From Bugula neritina (taxonomy: Eukaryota; Animalia; Bryozoa), in the NCBI GenBank assembly GCA_964035545.1, contig OZ037772.1:4716233-4780232 (forward strand): 64,000 bases of DNA. Reading direction: 5' to 3'. The translations under genes and the position numbers were made by a program. Below, in pieces: positions 32,769-48,091 of this stretch. The stretch's first letter is position 1. Each line of letters starts with the position of its first letter. The notes under the pieces were generated by a model. It did no database searches, had not been told where the DNA came from, and saw nothing but the letters and a program-made list of their open reading frames with translations.

Positions 32769-33439
32769 CAGCTTACTAAAGATTCCAATGTGAATGTGAG
32801 CAAACTAACAGCCAACTACATGTGATGATATACATTCTCACTTTTCATTTTCTATACAGTGTGCAAGCCTCAGGCTGAGTCTCCCCTGAATTATGTAATA
32901 TATTAGAAGTTCTAGTAACTGTAGTGGTCATGCAGAATTTGCAGTGTCTTGCTCATTATTTTTATAGTTACTGAGTTCCATTTTCAAGTAACATTGTTGA
33001 AGGAAGATTATGTTTGAGTAGTACTTGAGTAGTACTTGAAACTTAACTAAACAGTTTCTATGTTTTATTCTAATTGAATGGAATTGTGATTTAGACAGGG
33101 TTGTGTTGCTCTGTTTGACTGTGGTTTTCTTGGAATGAGGCTATAAGTTTGTTAGAGTATTCTAAATGTTTAGGGACTATTTGCAAAATCTTGCCTCCAC
33201 TGGGAATTGAACCTGAGACCTCTGGCTTGCCAGCAAGTGTGCCATGGAGACCACTGGGTAAACTCATCACTAAACTTTTTCTTAGAATGATGTTTGCCTG
33301 CTTTTGTTGTTGTATTGTTCAGGCAACTAATTTATTCTGTGGCCTAATTGCTGACCTTTTCAAGCCGGATTTATTAGAGTGTCAGAACTCTTTTTATTGA
33401 GTTTTGATTTGGTCTTGTTCTAGTATTTATATAAAACTC

Positions 33440-33630
33440 ATGTGAGTTTATAGTCATTATTCCTGTGGTAAAGAACAGAACAAAGTTTTCACGCAGGCTA
33501 ACGACCTATGTTGCACAAAAGCAAGACTGGGTTTTTTTTTGACATCAATAATGGCCTGTACTGAGGTTTGAACTCATGACTTTGCGCTTGCTGAGACAAA
33601 CACTCAAACCTTGAAACCACAACTGTTCCT
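33440..33630 (-). mobile_element. Degenerate tRNA-derived SINE copy
   Basis: Reverse complement contains gtcatgagttcaaacctc..ggccatt.ttgatgtc, matching the 17799 SINE body. Confidence 0.55.
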
Positions 33631-34384
33631 TTATTCTAATTGTAAAATGATGTAGACATATTATGTTATGTAATAAGTTAATCATACTGTCATCTGGAAG
33701 AGTAATACTGATAGATTGTTAAATAATAATAGGGTTTGATATTTAATTATAAAAACTGGGTTCACTAATGACATTATGTCGCATGACATTTTATCACACT
33801 ACATTCTAACATGTGATATACTGTCACAGGACACAACATGACATTGTGTTAAGTTAGGTATTGCGTTACGTGACAATATTTCACATGTCGTAGCTTGTTG
33901 ACAAAGGCAGTTGGATTATTTATTTTAGCATTTGCAAAAGCTCAAAAAATATGTTATTTCCTTGTGTATATTTTATTTGCTGTGAGTGCTTTTGGTGCTT
34001 CAATTTATGCGTGGGCCAATCTATATTTGTTATGATTTGCTTTTCCTTATAGCAAATTTCAACATATGGGTTTCCGGGTATCAAACAGTTAATCTTCTAA
34101 AGCATATTCTAAACTAGGAAACAGTTGGCTAATCATTCAGTCCTAATCCCCGGATTATCTAGTCAAGCCTAAATGTTGTGTACTATTGCTAGGCATCTGC
34201 TCATTACTTTGATATACACATTATCCTCTATGATGAACACGCAGCAGTCAAGTTTGTTATCTGATGCTGATATGCATTGTGACTCATCCCTTTGTTTAAA
34301 TTAGCTGTCTTTTCGGTGTTGAAACGTTTTTTAGATGCTACCTCCACATCACTTGACTTCTAGTTACACAGAGCTCATTTTCAG

Positions 34385-35000
34385 TGCATAGTACATAGTG
34401 TATAGTACATAGTGTATAGTGCATAGTGTAGGGTGTATAGTGTGTAGTACATAGTGTATAGTACATAGTGTATAGTGTATAGTACATAGTGTAGGGTGTA
34501 TAGTGTATAGTACATAGTGTATAGTACAAAGTGTATAGTACATACTGTATGATGCATAGTAAATGGTGTATAGTGTATTATAGTGCATAGTGTATGGTGC
34601 ATAGTGTATAGTACATAGCGTATAGTGCATAGTGTAGGGTGTATAGTGTATAGTACATAGTGTATGATGTATAGTGTATAGTACATAGTGTATAGTACAT
34701 AGTTTATGGTGCATAGTGTATGGTGTATAGTGTATGGTGTATAGTGCATAGTACATAGTGTATTGTGCATACTGTATAGTACATAGTGTATAGTATCTAG
34801 TACATAGTGTATAGTATATTGTTTATGGTGCATAGTGTATAGTGCATAGTGTATAGTACATAATGTATAGTATCTAGTACATAGTGTATAGTACATAGCG
34901 TATAGTACATAGTGTATAGTACATAGTGTATGGTACATATAGTGTATAGCACATAGTGTATAGTACATAGTGTATGGCGCATAGTGTAGGGTGCATAGTG
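34385..35000. repeat. 7/14-bp minisatellite (catagtgtatagta)n
   Basis: Tandem degenerate units; source of the TIHY/TMYY repeat ORFs. Confidence 0.9.
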
Positions 35001-36433
35001 CTAAATACATATATGAAATTGTACTAAATGTATTATGCTCAGTTTCTACTGCAAAGAACCTATGAGTCATGAGAACAAGAATCATAAGTGCATTACTGAA
35101 TATGACTCATAGACATTCACAGATTACAATACTTTGAATTCTCAACTTAGTAAATAATTTGCTTACTGAGATAGCCATTGCTCACTTGCTGAGAACTTTA
35201 TCTGGAATAATTCCCCAGCTATATAATTTGTACTATATCATATATTATATTATAATATATTTCATTAACCTGTATAAATAAATAAATGACATTGCACCAT
35301 GCTGCATATTATAGTAAAGCATGTATTATGCAGTATAACATAAAAACTCATATTTCTGTCACAAATATATCTACATGCATTGACAATAATTAAAGCATAG
35401 CAAAAAATTAGGTTGAATGATTAATGGCAGGCAATTCAATCTATTATTATCTAACTTGGCAGAGACTAATATTTAACCTAATGCAAGCTTCATCTAGGTA
35501 AACATAATTAGAGCCTGTCATTACTAAGGTTGAGATAAGCACTACAAGAATAATCAACTTCAACAGTAGATTTTTACCTTGATGGTGTGCATATGGTTAT
35601 AACTTTAGCACATATTTCTGAGAATAAACGTTTGTAACAAGTTTTTGCATTTTAGCACATAGCAGCTGTTAGCAAATTATACAATTAATAAATGAAAGCA
35701 TAAATTAGTCATTTCTGTGACATAGCAGTAGCTGTTTTGTGACATACAGTAGGTGTAGTTATAGTATGCACTAGTTGTATTTGTAGCGTACAGTAACTGT
35801 AAGTATAATGTATACAGTAGCTATTGGCTAAGTAAACAGTAGCAGTTTACAGTAAGCGCATACTAAGTACAGGGTGAGTATATAGCACGTATACTTAGTG
35901 AGTATAGTAGTGAGTATACAGTGAGCACATAGTGAGTATATTATAGTGAGACTATACAGTATAGTAAACAATATAATATACATTGCGTGGGTACGTTTAC
36001 AGTCAAGTGGGGATACTGACTAACTTATATTTTGAGTTGTAATCTACATAACACATTCTTTGCCTCAAAGAAATATGTCTGGCATATTGCCACATCTCAC
36101 GGTAGTTGGTCAACATAAAAGGTTGCAAGGATATGAATCATTATTAGGCTTCATTGCATTTCTTTAGTCGTAATTATTTTTTTCTAGAATGTTAATGATA
36201 CTTTCAAAACCACTCAGTTGAAAGTCACTGGTTAGATGAAAATGTTATGAAACATTTAGTAGAGAAAAATATTTACTGTATATGCAGATGTCATGAATTC
36301 AGCGGTTTCATTTGTCACTCAATTAGTTTTTTAGGGTTTGATTGACTTCATGGCTGTAGACAGAATGCAACTGGATGAGTCAGTGATATGCATCCATTTA
36401 CAGTCAATAGGTTGTCAATATGGAGAAGTTTAA

Positions 36434-36795
36434 AGGCCTGGCCAGGCACTTGTGAGAATCACACAAAATCGTCTATCAATTCACATGAAAACACAAATGT
36501 ATAATCAAGTTTGAGAGAATTCATACGAAATCGTGTTCGCTGGGTGCACCCACTGAAGACGATGAACAAAAAAAGCAACTAACAATAAGCACCGTTAGCA
36601 ACAGTGATCCTTTCATTTTCAACACGTTTTTGTGTCTGGAAATTTTCTGCTGTTTGTATCTTGTGCAAGACTCATTCATGGACTAGTCATTCTGTGTTTC
36701 GTCTGATGAGTGTGTGGCTGATCATAACGTGAAGATAACTCACGACAATATATACACAAATTTTGTGTGACTCTCACAAGTGTGTGGCCAGGCCT
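36434..36795. mobile_element. Non-autonomous PIF/Harbinger (Tourist-like) MITE, 362 bp
   Basis: TIRs of about 36 bp: aggcctggccaggcacttgtgagaatcacacaaaat / attttgtgtgactctcacaagtgtgtggccaggcct. 3-bp TAA TSD at 36431-36433 and 36796-36798. Confidence 0.85.
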
Positions 36796-38789
36796 TAACA
36801 GAATGGTCTTATAAAAACTCTAACAATTTCACCTTCAAGTTTTTTTTCTGGTCTAAAGAATGTCTGGCTGAAATCAATTGCTTCTTTCTAACAATATTTT
36901 GATAGATTTTTATATTTTCAATAAAATTGAGTGTTGTTTCAGTTATTGCAAAGGTTGATCAAAACTTCAGAAACATATATGCAGTTAATGTTTTCATGAT
37001 TCTATAACTATTGGGCTATCCAACTTTATAGCGCAAGAATAATGCACTTGAACATCAAACACTGTTAGATAAGTCTCAAATTTGAAAAGTATTTTTAGAT
37101 GAACTCTAAGTAAATGCATCTTTGATTATAGATTCTGCACTCAAATTTAATCACACAAAAGTAATTAGTGACATTTTTAAGGAATTGAACATAATTTATG
37201 CTAAAAGGCAGCTTCGATATGTTATAAATCATGTGAAGTTCTTACAAACATTATTAATTGAGTAGCTGCAAGACGTGCTTCACATAATTGATGTTTAAAT
37301 CGTGGGAACTGTGCATTTGCACGCTAATGAGATGTGACGTTCTATATAACATAAAGGTATAGTGAAGACATCGGATGAATGCTATATAATCTTATGCAAG
37401 GTTGTAGTCTGATATGAAAAGGGTCTTTTAGTAGACGTAGTATATATAATATATCAAATACAATACATAATATTTTTTTAAATGTAATACAATATAATAT
37501 GTTTTATGTTGTCTATAATGGTATTATATTTGTTGCATTTAACATATCGAATGATATGATATAGAACGTCTTGAATGCATTATATAATATGTTTATACAC
37601 ACAGTATATAATATTTTACACATAAGTGACCAAGTTTTCAACATTGCCAATTTACGTAACTAAATACAGTATTTCATCTGCTATTATGTTCATTATAATA
37701 TCTTGCTATTTATTAAATAAAGCTATTTCAGTAGATCCCCATCGAATACTTTCCAATTTTTTTCCCTCGACTGCTTTGAGGTTATTATCATAGTAATGTG
37801 ATGATATCATGAACATTAATTTAATCTTGTTAGCTATATAATATCACAAATCTAATAATAACTGGATTAATAGACAGGATGTTAAAGTGTGCCAAGTTTA
37901 AATTTTTATGACCAGTTAGTGGAATAGCATTGGTAACCAATGGTTACCAAGCGTGTGTAAAACGCTAATCAATCCTTTCATGTCAAGATGCTTGTTATGA
38001 AATCTGACTGGGAATAAGTTTATGCTTGGCTAGCTTGAGAAGTGAATAGATAAGAACTTTAATGTTCTGCTTCCACTGCAGTTAATAGGGGAAATCTGGG
38101 TGATATGAACCACCCGGGTAATATGGACCATGCATGTTTTGCAGTATCCAAGGTTACCAGAAAATTGAAAAGTGTCTTATTGTTTAGAAATAGGAATATT
38201 GAACTTCCCAAAGACCATCAGCCTATTTGCATTTTTCACAAATAAAATAAAGTTTTTTGAATGAATAAAGTAAGTTCATAGTTTGATAAGTATGAAGGTT
38301 CAATTATCTAAAGAGCAAAGCTAAAATATGAACTGTTTTCTACCACATCTCTGATTATATTCATAAATACAGCACATTGTTACGATAGTGAAGTAATTCC
38401 TCATGAAATTAAAGTATTTGCTGACGTTGAGTTCAAAAGCTGGTACTATGTGCTTATCATATAAGAGTCATTTTAATTTATTTAGTACACACTCAAAATC
38501 TTCTGTTTTTAACTGTTTTTCATAATTTAGCTGCTAGCTCTCTATATTAGGTATTTTGCTCTAAAATGAAAGTAATTTAAAGAATACATGCAACTAAATA
38601 ATCAAGGTCTTTTAAACTTTGTTTAATTTCTTAAGGTGTTTCCTAGTTATCTATAGCTGATTTAAATTTAGACTAAGAAAAAACATGGGAGATCCAATAC
38701 ATTGGCAGCTAAATTTTGAACAATTCCTAAAAAATGAAGATTTTCAGTGCTTACTAAATTAAGTGAAATGACCAATACGAGACAGGAAA

Positions 38790-38903
38790 AACTATGACTG
38801 GATACTCTTAACCTAACATCACCAATGGGCTTTGGCAAGGTTTGAACCCACTACTTTGCATTCACTAAGCCAACGATCAAGCCTGTAGACCTTGGCTGTT
38901 CTC
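38790..38903 (-). mobile_element. Partial tRNA-derived SINE copy
   Basis: Reverse complement: gagaacagccaaggtctacagg..gtgggttcaaaccttgccaaagcccattggtgatgttagg, matching the 5' half of the 17799 SINE. Confidence 0.65.
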
Positions 38904-39309
38904 TTGTTGTCATGATTTAAAACCAAATATTTATGTGTTATGTTATTATAGTGTGTGGATGCAATAATACAAAATATCATGAAACTACTTTTTATATCTA
39001 GTTGCAGCGCTGCTATAATATAGGCACAATGCTCTTGCATTGAACCAAAGACCATTTGGATAACAGAATATTACAATATATCAGATCATGTTTATAGCTT
39101 ACTAGTAACAAATTGCTATTGATTTTTACCTGTATGTCATAGTGTTGTAGTGCCTGCATGTTGTACTATACATGCATAATTAATGCCAAATATAAACAAT
39201 GAACATATTTACAGTGATCGTCTGTCCTGCGTACACTAAAAGCATTTACCAGTTGTACTCAGAATGAGCAGGAGATTTTGTACCCACTAAACTAAACTCA
39301 GTTACTGAA

Positions 39310-42220
<2,911 letters not shown>

Positions 42221-42302
42221 CAGTTGTCTTCTTTTGACAGAAGTAACTATAGTTTTTGTTTTTCCCAGTTTTTTTATAAACTTGACGATGAAACTATAAG
42301 CA

Positions 42303-43058
42303 CACAGGATAGTTAAGGGCATCCTCACTAAGAATATCATAAATTTCTCTCAAAATGTAGTTCAGGTTCTTGAATAATATTGCTCTGCGGGTGGCATGCG
42401 TGTTGCCTACTTGCATTTGTTTAGCCTAAGATTAAACTACAGCCAATGAGCAGCAACCTTCAATAGGGCTGCGTTATGTATCAACATTCCATTATGGGTG
42501 CTACATAAACAAAGTACAAAGCGAGCTATTCATAATAGCCTGCCAGCTAGCAAGCGTATAATTAGCATGTACGCGCCAATATCTTCTCATCCCTAAGTGC
42601 TCATTGAAGCGTGCAGCACTGCGCGCTGCTAATTTTCTATGAAAAAATATGGCATTTTCAGTGTATAAATCACCAATTTATGAGCAATCTAGCAGGGTTA
42701 TTGGAAAATGAAAAAAACTTGCACTGGAGAAATATCTCAGGATTCTAGCGGTGCAATTTTTATTCAGATATCATCTTTTGCTGCTGAGATATTTTACTGG
42801 TACTGAAAAGTCAGCTTTTCTGGCAAAATTGGCCAAAATTGGGCAGTTTTTTGTCTATAACTTTGCAAAAAAAATGAAAATTGAAATTTCCAAAAAAGTT
42901 GCACTGGAGAAAAACAAGATCTACAACATAGTTTTTAAATTTTGACTCTAGCACAATTAGGTGAGATTTTATTTTACTGGTACTGAATTCTTATATGATT
43001 ACAATGCAAACCTCAGCAAGGCAGTTGCAGCTAAAAGGTTGCCCTTAACTATCCTGTG
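42303..43058. mobile_element. Non-autonomous TIR DNA transposon, CACAG termini with 2-bp TSD (CACTA/EnSpm-like), 756 bp
   Basis: TIR cacaggatagttaagggcatcct / aggttgcccttaactatcctgtg; flanked by ca at 42301-42302 and 43059-43060; internal repeat ttgcactggagaaa occurs twice. Confidence 0.7.
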
Positions 43059-45109
43059 CATTGAATTTTTGAGTAGTAATGCACATCATGATTTTATGTT
43101 AATGTAGTTTGGTAAGAGTAATAACACGCACCAAGCAGACAACTTAATGCACACTGGATATTTTTTAGGAAAAAAATCCATTGTAATTATTTAGTTTTAT
43201 GTTACACCAGTTTTATAGAAGTAAAATTATTTTGTTCAGAAACAAAAATTATGTAAGAATATTAACTACTCTGTAATTACTGTTGTAATTTTAATTATTT
43301 GCTGCAAATTTGCAAAATATTTTAAATGTACATTTTAATGCATTAGACAATACACACACGCACGCATGCACGCACATATATGTACATTATATATATTATG
43401 CAGTCAACTGATGGTGACAGTTATTGATAATTATTAACAGAACTTTACCTATGATAATAGCCATGTTTAGAGCCGAGATTTTCAACCTTTCCAGACCGAG
43501 GGCCACTGAAAGAAAATATTCTGGTGACGAGGGCTGCATTATGAGCATTCGTTTGAGCTGGCAGAGGGTGGCACAGCATTCGTAATTTTAAAAATATGTT
43601 ATTCCAATTTTCTGTTATTTATTGAAAAATGAGGTCTCAATATTTACTGCAGCCTGCATGCTCATTAGCATGTTTATAAACAAGACATTTAAAACATAAT
43701 TGTTCCCTCTAACTTATGTATACTGTACAAAAAAAAATTATTTGTTGTGTTTTTGAGGGTTACATAAATTTAGGGCGGGCAAATCCGGCACATGGTCCAG
43801 CTGTTATATATAGCCCTAGTATATGGTAAAACTTGAAGGGAACACAGCTATCTATATATTTAGTAGAACACAGGCATATCATTGGCTAAAAGTTAAATGT
43901 ACGTTTAATACTAGATGGGAGTTGTTCCACTATGTTTATCTGCTCAAGCTGCACTATAATCAGTAGTATACACTCTTTATGACAGGGCAAAATCAACAAA
44001 ATAATTAATTGAGGTAAGCATCAATAGCTTGTATTACACACTTTTCACAGAGCAACACTCGCTGTAACCACCAGTGCATATAATAGTTTCTAAATCCTTT
44101 ACATTATAATTGTATTACAACCTGATCCAGAACCACAAATAGGCTATAAGCACTGCTTAGTCAACTGACACACATTGCATCTCTAAAATATTATTACAAT
44201 ACAATGACTCACAGGCTCTTTGTGCATATAAACTGTTGCTCTAGTTCACTGCGCAGTTCTGTCCATGACTATATACAAATATACAATATACATCAACACA
44301 CTGTGTATATAGTATGCTTCACAATCTAGGTGGTATACGTCACTGACTATGTAATACAATGTCACCGACTATTTAATACACTTAAGGAGTAATATATATT
44401 ACATATATTATAGTCAGAGAAATACAATGCTACAGGCAGTCACTGATATATGTGAAGCATATTTATAATAACCATCATATACATAATATTACTTTATATA
44501 GTATCTAGAGAAATGGAAAGTCTGCTTTATGCAAAGCACCTCAGGCATACCATAGTCTTGCAATGTAATTTTGAAAATGCAGTGAACAACATGTTGATAG
44601 AACGACATCTTCATTGTTCTGGATTACGGTTATCAAATACTTGAAATCCAAAAAAGTAGGACTGATGGTCTGCTGGTTTTGTGTACAGTCAGCTTGACTA
44701 TATACTTATAGTTTGTATTATGAGCTATTGATATTTCCTTTTAAATTTTATTTTTGCTAATTTTACTGCTAAAATAGAAAGCTCTAGCTGGTTGGAGTAT
44801 ATTACTAAAGCAGGGAGAAATGGGAGAAAACTCCACTAATTGGTTGATAAGCAGAAGCTGTCTATTGCCTACTAATGCTGTTATATATATTTAAAAATGC
44901 ATTTAATGTGTAGCAAAAAACATGCCTGTGTCATCAGAACTATTATTTGTGTTTACTTCAAGATACCCTTTAGTCATAGCTATCAGCATGTTGAAGGTAG
45001 CCACATAAGTTATCAAACTGTCATTGTTAATGGAGTTCCTGACAATTTTTATTTAAATATTCAGCAAAGGCAGTTGAAATTTTGCTTGGATGATTTATGA
45101 GGTTTTATC

Positions 45110-45111
<2 letters not shown>

Positions 45112-45184
<73 letters not shown>

Positions 45185-45320
45185 CATATATATATATAAT
45201 ATATATATATATATAATATATATATATATATATGTGCGTGCGTGCGTGTGTGCGTGTGCAGGCGTGCGTGTGCGTGTGTGTGTGTGTGCGTGCGTGCGTG
45301 TGTTTGTGTGTTTGTGTGTG
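45112..45320. repeat. Compound (TA)n/(GT,GCGT)n microsatellite
   Basis: Visible runs. Confidence 0.9.
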
Positions 45321-45691
45321 AGTGATGTCTTTCAATCATGTGATTCTATTTATTGCGTAGCCAATGAAACACCAATAAACTTATTGTATGTGTTTACTCC
45401 ACATTGTACTCTGATAATTGCCATCGTTGCATTTAAGGTAGCCACATTTATTATCAAACTATCAATTTAATGGATTTAATGATATTTTTTAACATTGATC
45501 AATCAGCAAAAATGTTGAAATTATGCTTGGAAAAGTTATAAGGTTATATCATTAAAGTACTGAGCAGGCAGTAGTGCGTTGAGTACATAGATAGCAAAAG
45601 ATTACGTATTCAAGTGTATACATACTGCTATCCAATTATGACAGAGTACAGATAGGTGAGGGTGTCCCGGTATTTAATGTATATATAGCTG

Positions 45692-46975
45692 ATGGCTTCT
45701 TACGCAGCGTATTTTAAGATGCTCCAATATTTCTTTCATCTAATACTTTATAGTATTCCGACATGTTGTCAATTTCTGTATTGGAAACTAAGCGGAATAC
45801 AAATACTTATAAACAACCGCCAAAGAGGTGAGAGCTATGAACTATCTGCTCAGCTGCTTAGAGTTTGGGGAAGGTGCAAGCCAACACATTTTACTATAAA
45901 CTACAGACGGCACTTCCTCTCTACACATGTCAAGGTCGTACATCCTGAATTGGCTCTCCAGGATAACGTTTCTCTCATGACACTTACTGACAGAGAAGCA
46001 ATTTTTGTTGTTGCGCCTGCAGATGAGAATCTGTACAACACAAGGAAGTGGCCGTTCTTCTTTGAAGCACAATTCATCTCTGCTGAGTTCATACTGATTA
46101 TGCCGACCAGCTCATTTCATCGTTTAGCTGATGTTGTGGGCGACCCACAAAGCAAAGTCGTCTGGATACACCAACAGGGTAGGTGTGGATCTACTGCCAC
46201 ATGTCAAGCATTCAACGCTTCACCAGATGTTTGTGTTATTGCTGAACCACTGTGCACTTTGTCCCTTGACCAAGCATTTAAGTACAAGTATTTCAAACAC
46301 TGGGGGTATGACTGGGAAAACAGCAAGGAATATAAATTGCTATACCAGAGCGCTGTGCGAGTCTTATTGAAACCTAGAGGAAGGTCATGCAATCTCACAG
46401 TAGTCAAATGTTCAGGGATGTTCATGAAAACCGACTTCAAACTCCTGTCTCAGCTCTTCCCGCAGTTTATCCACATTTACTTGTATCGGCAAGTCAAGAG
46501 TCAAGTTGGGTCAATACTTAAAGCTGTGGGTGACATGATGATCGAGAGAGAAGTCACACTAGCTATCTCTTCAAACCCTATCCTGTCCTGGCTGTTTCCA
46601 ATGGTTAAACCTGTCATGCTAATGACTTATATCTGTTCCAACAGCAGTCATGTCAAGTGGATCTTAAATAAGGAAAACACAAGAAAACGAACCAAACTGC
46701 TGATGTTTCTGTACCACTGGTGTGAAAGCTGTTTTCACTACAAACTTCTGGTGAAACAGTTTAGGCATCAAACAACGATTTTGGCGTTCAGGTTTGAGAA
46801 TTTTCAATCTAATCCTAAAAATTTTGTCCACACATTATTCAACTGCATAGAGGAAAGGCTGACTAGTCATCAACTTAGCTTGATAGAGTTAGCATTGACA
46901 GAAGACAGTCAAAAACGCTCTCAAATGAGCCGAGCAAAAGTGGCAAAGAACAAAGATGCACAATTTACTGCTTAG
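45692..46975 (+). CDS. Intronless sulfotransferase-like (P-loop/PAPS-binding) protein, 427 aa; probably truncated by a premature TAG, with the frame continuing to 47077
   Basis: Long ORF in AT-rich DNA; 5'-PSB-like motif VVWIHQQGRCGSTA; VIAEP; 3'-PB-like HIYLYRQ...GS; AFRFENF..NP. The frame stays open for 33 more codons after the TAG. Confidence 0.75.
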   Translation: MASYAAYFKMLQYFFHLILYSIPTCCQFLYWKLSGIQILINNRQRGESYELSAQLLRVWGRCKPTHFTINYRRHFLSTHVKVVHPELALQDNVSLMTLTDREAIFVVAPADENLYNTRKWPFFFEAQFISAEFILIMPTSSFHRLADVVGDPQSKVVWIHQQGRCGSTATCQAFNASPDVCVIAEPLCTLSLDQAFKYKYFKHWGYDWENSKEYKLLYQSAVRVLLKPRGRSCNLTVVKCSGMFMKTDFKLLSQLFPQFIHIYLYRQVKSQVGSILKAVGDMMIEREVTLAISSNPILSWLFPMVKPVMLMTYICSNSSHVKWILNKENTRKRTKLLMFLYHWCESCFHYKLLVKQFRHQTTILAFRFENFQSNPKNFVHTLFNCIEERLTSHQLSLIELALTEDSQKRSQMSRAKVAKNKDAQFTA

Positions 46976-48091
46976 TTTGTCGAAGAAGCAAACAAGTATT
47001 TAAATTGGTTTGAACTACCTAAATGGGGAGAGAGCATCGTGCTACCAAACACAGTTGAGTGTGTCTCCAGAAACTAAATGCTGAATTGTACATGAAATGC
47101 TTCTGGAAACAAAGAACTCAGTTTATCCTTACATTACTGTGCAGTAATGTGACTTCGAAATATGAATTATATTACAATAAATAAACTGCTATTGTTATAC
47201 TGAAGGTCTTACAAGTTAATTGCATGTGGCTATATACTAAATAGCCAATCATTTGCTGGAAAAACTGTGGGGGGTCAATAACTCAAACAGATATACAAAT
47301 AGGCATTTTTTACTGAGAAAACTTACTATAAACTGTATATCCAGTATTGTCAGATATTTAAGTTCCATAGAGCAAATAAAAATAGAATTAAAGTTTTGTG
47401 TTAAACTTCCAGCTTGCCTATAACATTAACAATTTAGCAGTTGAATATTATTGGTCAACTTATTTTTTATCTAAATTAACAAAAACTATATAGATTTTGC
47501 AAATTTCAGTCCTAATAAAGTCTTATCAGAGTGATTGTATTTGCTTTATTTTTAACACACTCCACTGCTGTTAGTACGCTGTATTGTTTGAAAGATATTG
47601 TCTTTTTTCATTTTCTTTGCCTTTACCGGTTGAATAAAACTATCAGGCTTTGTACCTGAGTAATAAAACTAGTTTAGTATATTATATAAAATAAAATTAC
47701 TCTTATCTAATAAAAAATTAGGCCACTTGCTAATACATTTGCATAAGTTAAAAACCAAGTAAATAGAACTTTGCTATAGTTATCTTATGTAAAACCAAGT
47801 TTATTTCAAAACAGATGTTATAGAAATAATCAGATGTACTGGTCATCTGATGAAATTTTGCTAGCAAAACTTACAAGAATATATTTCAAGAAATACATTA
47901 TAGCTAAACCCTTGGAAGTGTTTATTCAGACCAGGGAAACTCATAAGCAATCTCAGACTTCTGATCAGATTGGTGAGAGCTGGGAACTATGACCTTACGC
48001 TTTGGAGCAAAGTAACTCTACAAACATAAAATATCTGCGTATAAACTTTTATTGTGTGTATCAAATGCTCAGCTTATAAGCTGTAGTTTTT

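Noticed and set aside
31755-35085. RVCM/HTYP and TIHY/TMYY repeat ORFs
   Set aside because: Translations of 12-bp and 7/14-bp minisatellites, open in several frames on both strands.
38087-38130. Possible left TIR of a pogo/Tc1-like element (ggggaaatctgggtgatatgaacca..gggtaatatggacca); similarly a hAT-like end at about 43470-43540
   Set aside because: No matching opposite terminus or TSD found in the window.
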